Positions 53,254-60,593 of a DNA stretch of 64,000 nucleotides are shown one piece after another. This stretch comes from Candidatus Pacebacteria bacterium CG2_30_36_39. GTDB taxonomy: Bacteria > Patescibacteriota > Microgenomatia > UBA1400 > PJMF01. The position numbers and the translations under genes were made by a program. How positions within the stretch are numbered: position 1 is the first letter of the stretch; each line of letters opens with the position of its first letter. The stretch spans positions 137,789-201,788 of the forward strand of contig MNZB01000003.1 in NCBI GenBank assembly GCA_001873435.1. Direction: 5' to 3'. Under the pieces are notes generated by a model, which saw nothing but the letters and a program-made list of their open reading frames with translations, did not search any database and was not told the DNA's origin.

Positions 53254-54213
53254 CTAGACTAAGAAATTTTCTTTGGCAATCTCAGCAACTTTTCTTTTAT
53301 AAGCATCTGGATCTTTAGTGTAAAAACGAGGCAAAATCGGCTGAAACTTGGGATTTAAAACAACTGCTTTTGTAATATCCTGCCAAGATATTTTTCCATA
53401 ATAGAGTTCTTTTAAAGGAAAATTATTTTCTACCATAAACTTGGTAGTTTCCACAAAACCCTCAAAATAAACATAATCCTTAGTAAAACCTCCTGGCCTG
53501 CTAGTATCAGTGAGTCCTCTTTTCTTTTTGAAGGTTAAAGTAAAAGCTCGTTCTGCATCGCCTAGATAGTGATTTAAATATTGCCATACTTCTAAAAATG
53601 ATTCTTCCTGAGCTTTAATTGTGGCTAAAAAGTTTAGGGCAGCCATGTAGGTTAACTGCATTTTTTGTGGATACATAGCATGTAAGACAGCTAAACCTTC
53701 TTCAGTTTTTAGGTATGGAGCAAAACCGTAGTTCTTTTTTTTCTTAAACCAAGGTTGTTGTTCATAATTAATTCGACGTAGGGCATGAGTTCCAATTTCG
53801 TGGTAAAGCAAACTATCTAGGTCTTCTTTATAAATTGAACAAGGGAGTCTTAGTTTAATTTCGTTGGCATTGATAGCTGCTCTACTGACGAACTCTGCCG
53901 ACCAAATAATCTCAAATTTTCTTTCCAATCCATGAAGTTTGAGAAAATTTCTAATTTCACGAGAAACAATTTCTTCATTCAAAAGTTCGCCTCGTTGAGA
54001 CTGAAGCTCTTCAATAGAAAATTTGGTAAAAGTAGTTTCAATAATTTTTTCAGCTAAATCAATATATTTTGTATTGGGTAAACCATTTTGCACTAAATCT
54101 TCAGTAGCGAAAAAACGATAATAATTAAATTGAGGATTAAAGTTGGGACTAGCTAGAAAACGTTGTTTCTCTGCTAAAAAATTAGTTGGTTGTAGATCTG
54201 CAACGAGTCCCAT
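53254..54213 (-). CDS. DUF1704/MATCAP-like metallocarboxypeptidase
   Basis: HEIGTH (HExxxH), TEEGLA, KRG..D, FTKDYVYFEG, LYYGKI. Confidence 0.85.
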   Translation of the reverse strand: MGLVADLQPTNFLAEKQRFLASPNFNPQFNYYRFFATEDLVQNGLPNTKYIDLAEKIIETTFTKFSIEELQSQRGELLNEEIVSREIRNFLKLHGLERKFEIIWSAEFVSRAAINANEIKLRLPCSIYKEDLDSLLYHEIGTHALRRINYEQQPWFKKKKNYGFAPYLKTEEGLAVLHAMYPQKMQLTYMAALNFLATIKAQEESFLEVWQYLNHYLGDAERAFTLTFKKKRGLTDTSRPGGFTKDYVYFEGFVETTKFMVENNFPLKELYYGKISWQDITKAVVLNPKFQPILPRFYTKDPDAYKRKVAEIAKENFLV

Positions 54214-54230
54214 GTTTTTAACTTAGCTTT

Positions 54231-55511
54231 TTAAGCAGGTCTAATAACAAATCCTGCCAAATCATTCCTACCTATTTCAATTTTTTGAGTGCCTTTATTG
54301 AGTTTTTTGGAAACAACTGCTGAAGTAGTAATTACTTTATCTTTGAGTTTGAATTTCAATTCCACTACAGGGCGCTTACCTTCTCCAGCTACTTGTTGAT
54401 ACCACAAGAGATCATCGACATCTATTAAGCCTAGTTCTTTTGCTAGTTCACTAGAAATAATGGTGCGAAAACGACCAGTGTTAATAAGGGCTTTTTCATC
54501 GATTTTTTGTTTATCGTCACCATAGATAGTAACTGTTTCTTCAATTTCAATAATTGGAATTTCGCCGTCTTCCTTGATTTTACTGGCAAAATTTTCAGCA
54601 AACAGAGCTTGGGCAATTCTAACCCCATGTTCTGTGCTTAGAACATTGAGATCTCTAACTCTTTCCAAGCGTCTTCTGAGTCCCGCTTTATTTGCTACTT
54701 GAATAGATAAGCCAGGATAAGCATTGAGCTCTACTACCATAGGACCTTTTTCTTGATGGATAAAAATATCAACTCCGGTAAAAACTAGGCCAGCTGCTCT
54801 TGCCGCTCCTACCGCAGTCAAAAGAATTTCTTTCCAAAATGGAACGCGAATGCCATTGAGCTTAATTTTTGTATCGGGCATGTATTGAATTAATTGATTT
54901 TTATGAGCAGCTGCGTGAGTAGTAATGCCGGTAGCTATATCAACACCTACTCCCAAAGCTCCCTGGCTTTGATTGGCGCGTCCACCAGATTCTTCAGTTG
55001 GCAAACGTAAAAGAGCCATAACCGGAACGCTATTAAAGACGACCACTCTAACATCAGGAGTGCCTTTATAGCTATATTTTAGTAGTTTGGGGTGAATTGG
55101 AATACGTTCTTCAACAATGATGTTGTGATTTGAACCATGAGTACTATATTCTCCAGACAAAATGTCACCACAATGCAATTTAATATCATCGAGACTCCAA
55201 ACGTGACCTATAGCATCAGTCCAATGTTCTTTATCAGCATGTTGATTGCGGAAAGCAACTACTCCCTTACCAGCATGGCCATTAGTAGGTTTGATCACGA
55301 AGTCTTTTTCTAGTTTTTTCCAGTCAAATTCTTCAATGTCTTCTGAGGTTGCCAAGATACCATAAACTTGAGCGGTGGGAATATTTTGGCTTTGTAATAA
55401 TAATTTAGTAGCGTATTTTGAAATACAAAAAGATCGAGCTTTGCGAGAGTTGAGTGGGACATAAAGCTGGTTGCGAGCATTCATGCCCAGGATGTCATTG
55501 GCGAGTACCAT
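54231..55511 (-). CDS. ATP-grasp alpha-L-glutamate-ligase-like protein (ATPgrasp_ST) fused to a retropepsin/RimB-like domain
   Basis: LGMNARN, FVIKP..G..G.G, PDVRV, LRLPT.ES.GRAN, ELNA.PGL.IQ.AN; C-terminal ALINTG...IGRNDL. Confidence 0.88.
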   Translation of the reverse strand: MVLANDILGMNARNQLYVPLNSRKARSFCISKYATKLLLQSQNIPTAQVYGILATSEDIEEFDWKKLEKDFVIKPTNGHAGKGVVAFRNQHADKEHWTDAIGHVWSLDDIKLHCGDILSGEYSTHGSNHNIIVEERIPIHPKLLKYSYKGTPDVRVVVFNSVPVMALLRLPTEESGGRANQSQGALGVGVDIATGITTHAAAHKNQLIQYMPDTKIKLNGIRVPFWKEILLTAVGAARAAGLVFTGVDIFIHQEKGPMVVELNAYPGLSIQVANKAGLRRRLERVRDLNVLSTEHGVRIAQALFAENFASKIKEDGEIPIIEIEETVTIYGDDKQKIDEKALINTGRFRTIISSELAKELGLIDVDDLLWYQQVAGEGKRPVVELKFKLKDKVITTSAVVSKKLNKGTQKIEIGRNDLAGFVIRPA

Positions 55512-55515
55512 AAGC

Positions 55516-56448
55516 TTATTCCTCTTCTTCAATGATTGAAGTAAAGCGCACTCTCTCCAAGAGACGCAAACCGGTATATCTACCAATTAAAATATTTAGG
55601 CCAGCAACAGCTAATAAACTGAATTCTGGATAAAGTAAGACGAATTTTTGAATTGACTCTAGATTGATTAATAGTGCACAAAGAATAGCAACTAGAAGAG
55701 TTTCAAAAGTAATACTCAGGGCTTCTTTTTGACTACTGAATAGTTGAGTACTCATAAAGTTTTCTGTTAAGAGCATGATAATTAAAAGTGGAAAAATACT
55801 AATGCTTAGGAGTGAGCTAACATTAATCCAGGAAGCAAGTATTAGTAAACTGAGGATTAAGAAAGTTACTACCCAAAGCAACATGGCAGTTCTGGGTAGC
55901 AATGGTAGCTTGAAGTGTTTTACAGCGCTACGAGCAATGGTTGCGGCTGCTAAGACTGCTACAAATACTAAGACACCAGTTATGATTCCGGTTGAAACAA
56001 AAGCCACAGATAAGACGGCTGGAATGTAGACACCAAAGCCTTTTAGACCCACAACATGACGGGAAACAGCAATTAATGAGGCAATTAATGGAAATAATAA
56101 CATCAACACAATAATATTGGCTGGTAAGCCATTGGCAATGGCTCTACGAATGGCGTGTTGTAAAGGATTGTGCCAAGACAATCCTCCGATGGGATGTTCG
56201 TCTAAGTAGGCAGCTAATTTGCTTTTTTGCTTACCACCAGTTTCTGTAATGTCTTGATCTTTTTTTTCTTGAATTTTTTGGTCTAGTTCAGCCGATGAAG
56301 ATGCTAGATTTCCAGCATCGCTAGCTTCGATGGGGCTGGTTGCTTCTAATACCTGTTTTAGTGGTTCTACTGTTAAGGCTTTGGCTGGAAAGACAGCGAT
56401 AAGTCCGAATAGTAGAACAAATAGAAGGGTTAATCCGAGCTTTTTCAT
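55516..56448 (-). CDS. 7TM_transglut domain membrane protein
   Basis: R.VVGLKGFG.Y.P, PR.A, FP.II....EN, GRYTGLRL.E..RF motifs; signal peptide; ends in EEEE. Confidence 0.85.
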   Translation of the reverse strand: MKKLGLTLLFVLLFGLIAVFPAKALTVEPLKQVLEATSPIEASDAGNLASSSAELDQKIQEKKDQDITETGGKQKSKLAAYLDEHPIGGLSWHNPLQHAIRRAIANGLPANIIVLMLLFPLIASLIAVSRHVVGLKGFGVYIPAVLSVAFVSTGIITGVLVFVAVLAAATIARSAVKHFKLPLLPRTAMLLWVVTFLILSLLILASWINVSSLLSISIFPLLIIMLLTENFMSTQLFSSQKEALSITFETLLVAILCALLINLESIQKFVLLYPEFSLLAVAGLNILIGRYTGLRLLERVRFTSIIEEEE

Positions 56449-56501
56449 ATTGTTATTATACCAGGATTGATTGGTCAGTGCATTTTTTTACACAACCAAA
56501 C

Positions 56502-56858
56502 TTAGATTACTAATGTGACAAAACCTTGAACAAAACCGATTAAAATTGAAGCAAAGAGAATCGAGCCAAATCGACTCAAGTGATAGCCAAAAACGATCAT
56601 GTTGGAAATTTCGAAACCAGGTACTAAATAGGTAACTAACCACAACATTGCTACGTTGATTACGACGGAAAACAGACCAAAAGTAACAACATTGATAGGT
56701 AAAAATAGAAATTTAATAATTGGTTTAATGATTTTTTGTACAAAGACCATGACTAGACTGGCAATGAGCATAGTGGTCCAGTCTGAAAAACTAATGGTGG
56801 GAAGAAAATAAGAGAGAATCCAAAAAGTAACGCTGGTGTTGAGAAAAAGTCTAAGCAT
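56502..56858 (-). CDS. YvlD/DUF360 (holin-like 4TM) membrane protein
   Basis: IKPI...L.LP....T.GLF..VIN..ML, VPGF. Confidence 0.85.
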   Translation of the reverse strand: MLRLFLNTSVTFWILSYFLPTISFSDWTTMLIASLVMVFVQKIIKPIIKFLFLPINVVTFGLFSVVINVAMLWLVTYLVPGFEISNMIVFGYHLSRFGSILFASILIGFVQGFVTLVI

Positions 56859-56865
56859 TAATTGT

Positions 56866-57417
56866 TTATGTATATTTTCTTATTTCTTCAGCTGCTTTAC
56901 TTGCAACTTCTTTTATTAATTCATCACCTTCTAAGTTAAACAATTCCAAGATAAGTTTAGTTGCTTCTGGATCATTTTTCAAAAGTTCAATAAATTTATC
57001 CATTTCTTCACCGGTTGGCAAAATTGGTAAAACTTTTTCCCATAACAGAAATCCATGCTCAGTCATTCCAGAAGGAGTCCAATCAATACTAGCATCTGCA
57101 ACCCGAACAGTTTTATAAGTTATTTCTCTGCCATTGGGAAGTGTATTTTGTAAATGAGTTAGTTGTTTTTGAGAGGTAATAGAAGTTTGATCATCTTGGA
57201 AAACAACAATTTTATGTTTTAATTTTTTATCAGCAAAAAATCTAGACAAAATTCCATATAATTTATCTGCTAAAACATCACCTTCAAAACCTTCTTTAAA
57301 ACTTGTTCTTATTTCAACTAATTCGCTATGTTGCGGGTTAGATTCTTTTTCTTGGGCGGCATCAAACTCTTCAAAAGCTGATTCTAGCCCTGCCAATAGA
57401 TTATTTTCTTCATTCAT
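56866..57417 (-). CDS. Hypothetical acidic protein
   Basis: 183-aa ORF with -10 element 6 nt upstream of ATG. Confidence 0.7.
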   Translation of the reverse strand: MNEENNLLAGLESAFEEFDAAQEKESNPQHSELVEIRTSFKEGFEGDVLADKLYGILSRFFADKKLKHKIVVFQDDQTSITSQKQLTHLQNTLPNGREITYKTVRVADASIDWTPSGMTEHGFLLWEKVLPILPTGEEMDKFIELLKNDPEATKLILELFNLEGDELIKEVASKAAEEIRKYT

Positions 57418-57441
57418 AGTTACATTTTACACACTTTTTAA

Positions 57442-58788
57442 CTATTTATTCAACAAAGCTCTAGTGTGTCTTTTACTCCATTGTTTTTTGGCAAAGCGAT
57501 GAGCTTCGTTTCTTAATTGTTGAATTAGTTTCAATGCTGGATGATCAGGTCCAAGATTAAGAATTTGATATTTTTCTTGTTTTTCTACTGGTAGTGGGAT
57601 AACTAATCTATCTGGATTTTTAGCAATACCTATTACTGGTATTTGCCATTGCCAAATTTGTAAAACTGCTTTGACTTGGCCTTTGCCACCATCTATAACC
57701 ACCAAGTCTGGCTTCCCCCACTCTGGATGATTTTGGCGACGAACCAAAGCTTCTTTCATCATATGATAATCATTAGGAGTATCAAGAGAATAGATATTAA
57801 ATAACTTATATTCACTTGGATTTGCTATTCCATTTTCTGTTACCACCATCGAAACAGCGGCATTTTTACCTTGAACATTGCTTACGTCATAACCTTCAAT
57901 TCTGGATAATTTTTTAGTTTTTGGAAATCTAGTATAAGTTGAAAGAATTTTTTTTAATTCAATAATACCTAATTCTTGTTGATTGAGGCCAAAGCCAGGT
58001 AAAACTAAATCCGGTTTAAGTTGATAGTTTTTTTGTGTAACTTCTTGGATGTATTGAATGCGTTGCTTAATTATCTGTGCCTGTTCATATTCTTGAGTCT
58101 CAGAAAATTGACGCATTTGTAGGGTTAGGTTTTTAAGTACTTCTCTCTTTTTGCCTTTAAGAAAAAGTTTTAAATTATTGATATTTTCTGCGTAGTTTTC
58201 TGGAGAAATTAAGTCAAGACAAACCCCTGGACATTGATCTAAATGGTAGTAAAAACAAGCCTTTTTTTGATCAGTAATTGGTTGATTGCACCAAGGAAAT
58301 ATTTTTCGAGCAATTTTTAAAACTTCATTAACCTTATAACTACTTTGGAATGGCCCAAGAATAGTTCCTTTGGGATTTTCGGTAATCAAATCTGTTTTAC
58401 GCTTTTTTAAGACTTTAGGAAACTTTTCATTAGTAATTAATAAGTAGATGGGAGATTTGTCGTCTTTGAGCCTGATATTAAAAAAGGGTTGATGGGTATG
58501 AATTAGTTCTGCTTCAATTAATAGAGCCTCTAACTCACTATCTAAAACTTGATATCTTACTTCAGTTGCAGTTGTGACGAGTTTTTTAATTCGTGAAGAA
58601 AGCTGTGAATATTGAGTGTAACTAGTGAGGCGATTTTTTAGATTTTTGGCTTTACCAACGTAAAGAATCTTAGCGTTTTTGTCTAAGAACGAGTACACTC
58701 CCGGTTCCAAGGGCCAAGAGGATCGCTGCTCCGCCCAAGGCAAAGATGGTGTAAGGATGGGCAATGGTTTGGACGAAGTTCGGTGCAT
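57442..58788 (-). CDS. uvrC: UvrC-like excinuclease subunit without C-terminal HhH domain
   Basis: PGVY...YVGKAKNL..R GIY-YIG, Cys cluster, RIEGYDVSN, PDLVVIDGGKGQ, RNEAHRFA. Confidence 0.88.
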   Translation of the reverse strand: MHRTSSKPLPILTPSLPWAEQRSSWPLEPGVYSFLDKNAKILYVGKAKNLKNRLTSYTQYSQLSSRIKKLVTTATEVRYQVLDSELEALLIEAELIHTHQPFFNIRLKDDKSPIYLLITNEKFPKVLKKRKTDLITENPKGTILGPFQSSYKVNEVLKIARKIFPWCNQPITDQKKACFYYHLDQCPGVCLDLISPENYAENINNLKLFLKGKKREVLKNLTLQMRQFSETQEYEQAQIIKQRIQYIQEVTQKNYQLKPDLVLPGFGLNQQELGIIELKKILSTYTRFPKTKKLSRIEGYDVSNVQGKNAAVSMVVTENGIANPSEYKLFNIYSLDTPNDYHMMKEALVRRQNHPEWGKPDLVVIDGGKGQVKAVLQIWQWQIPVIGIAKNPDRLVIPLPVEKQEKYQILNLGPDHPALKLIQQLRNEAHRFAKKQWSKRHTRALLNK

Positions 58789-60547
58789 TGGTGATAGCAA
58801 AGTCTTTTGTTACGACACTTTCACCATTCATGTTGAAAGTGAAATGGAGAGTGTCCTTGGTCGGCAGTGCTCCATGTGTATTATAAACAAAGAGTTGCAA
58901 ACTTAAGGTTTCAAAAGGTAGTAGAGCTTTTATGGCTGTGTCACCAAAAACTCTAACTCCAGAATTATTTGAAGCTAAATCAAAATTTAGGTTATACCAA
59001 GCAGCTCCTGATTTGTTTTTAATTTTAAGATCATAAAAACCAGGCATTCCAATCCAGGTGTTTTTTTGTGGTTCCAAAGTAACTTCAAAATTTGGTTCTT
59101 GTTCTGGAAAGCTTTTGCCAAAGTTTACTTCTAGGGTTTTTTCTTTTTGCTGTTTGTCTGTTTTATATGATCCAGCTGGGTATGGCAAAGTACTTGATTC
59201 TCCATTAATGGCTAGAACAATATGATTAAGATCAAAGTGATTAAAATAATCAACGCCACCAGTAGTATTTTCCCAGGTGGGGTCAATTGGTTGCCAGTTT
59301 TGTTTTTCCTCATTCCAGTATTCTGGCCAGGCATGCAAAATATCATTGCCTAAACTTAGTGGTCGCAAACGACTGTTTTCTGCATAGCCATAACCAGTAA
59401 TTACTCTAGCAGGGATTTTGTTTATTCTAGCTAGGGTTACAAATAAATCGGAGAATTCTTGACAGGCCGCTTGATCTGGTTTTTCTAAAGCCTTAATTGC
59501 TCCTTTGCGCTCCAAATTATCAATAGAATCTATTTGTGCATATTCCAATTGACTAGTAACAAAGTCATAAACTTCTTTTGGACTAGGGTGTTCAGCGGCA
59601 ATTTTCTGTAAGTCAGCATTGTCTGTTTCCCAAAATGGTTGTTTGGCCAAATTAAAAGCTTGGGGATAAGCAATGGGAACCAAAGGATTTTGCTCTAAAG
59701 TTAAAAGTGCTTGAGCTTTAACTTTAACCGCTTGAGCAGTGTTGCCTTGCATATAAAAAGTAGCGATCCAGTTACCATCTTTATCTAGTTTCATTTCGGT
59801 TGGCTCTGGTTCAATGGATGAATAATTCATTCTTTGGAAAGGAGTATCTGGTGGTAAAGCTGTTTGCAATAGAATGGGCTGAGAATTATTGTTTTCTAAA
59901 AAGTAAGTAAAGTTCAAATCATAAATTTGTTCATAACCAAAAAGAGCAGAGACTCCTTGGTCACCCAAATCTCCGAACACCATTTGAACGCCTTTTTCAG
60001 TTAATTTTTGCACATAGTTAGTAGCTGGAGTTACTCTAGTTGCTGAACCAAAGCGAATTGGTGTATTGAGCACAACTTCAATATGTGCATATTTATGAGG
60101 ATCAGCTTGTTTGGGAACTGCTACTTCCAAAACACTGCCGTTGGCTTGAGCAAGATCTGGGTTGGTGTAACTAATGGTAAAAGTTCTTGTTTTGCCTTCA
60201 CCAACCAATTTATCTGGAAAAGTAATACCAATGTTAGTTTGGTTGTCTACCTGAGTAACTTCTGGATCAAGATTTTTGCCATTTTCCATTACTCTCACAC
60301 CAGAAATACTAGTAGAGCTAGTGCGTAGGCCATGCTTAGTAATGTAATAGGTTGGGGTAAGGTTTTTGATGGTAAATGTATGCTCAACGTAAGTAGAGCC
60401 ATTTTCTTGGACGTTGTAAGTACTTTTTAGGGAGTTTTCAAAAGCTTGCTCTGCTTCTATTTGCTCTTGTTGAGCAAGGACTACAGAATTAAAGCCAAAA
60501 AGGCTGATTATGCTAAAAAATAATCCAAGTAATAACTTACGCATCAT
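58670..60547 (-). CDS. Secreted, C-terminally anchored transglutaminase-like protein
   Basis: Signal peptide; ACQEFS, HAWPEY, IDPTW (Cys-His-Asp triad); C-terminal TM followed by RQKR. Confidence 0.88.
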   Translation of the reverse strand: MMRKLLLGLFFSIISLFGFNSVVLAQQEQIEAEQAFENSLKSTYNVQENGSTYVEHTFTIKNLTPTYYITKHGLRTSSTSISGVRVMENGKNLDPEVTQVDNQTNIGITFPDKLVGEGKTRTFTISYTNPDLAQANGSVLEVAVPKQADPHKYAHIEVVLNTPIRFGSATRVTPATNYVQKLTEKGVQMVFGDLGDQGVSALFGYEQIYDLNFTYFLENNNSQPILLQTALPPDTPFQRMNYSSIEPEPTEMKLDKDGNWIATFYMQGNTAQAVKVKAQALLTLEQNPLVPIAYPQAFNLAKQPFWETDNADLQKIAAEHPSPKEVYDFVTSQLEYAQIDSIDNLERKGAIKALEKPDQAACQEFSDLFVTLARINKIPARVITGYGYAENSRLRPLSLGNDILHAWPEYWNEEKQNWQPIDPTWENTTGGVDYFNHFDLNHIVLAINGESSTLPYPAGSYKTDKQQKEKTLEVNFGKSFPEQEPNFEVTLEPQKNTWIGMPGFYDLKIKNKSGAAWYNLNFDLASNNSGVRVFGDTAIKALLPFETLSLQLFVYNTHGALPTKDTLHFTFNMNGESVVTKDFAITNAPNFVQTIAHPYTIFALGGAAILLALGTGSVLVLRQKR

Positions 60548-60593
60548 ACTAAGGCTATATTAGCCAATAAATTTAGTTAATGCTAGATAAGGT

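Noticed and set aside
56502-56858. Holin-family gene as a sign of a prophage
   Set aside because: YvlD/DUF360 is a chromosomal family often near uvr genes. No integrase, endolysin or structural genes are nearby.
60560-60586. Third CIRCE-spaced match, TTAGCC-N15-TGCTAG
   Set aside because: Explained by ordinary promoter geometry (TAGCAT-17-TAATAT) for the transglutaminase gene, and the inner bases do not match.
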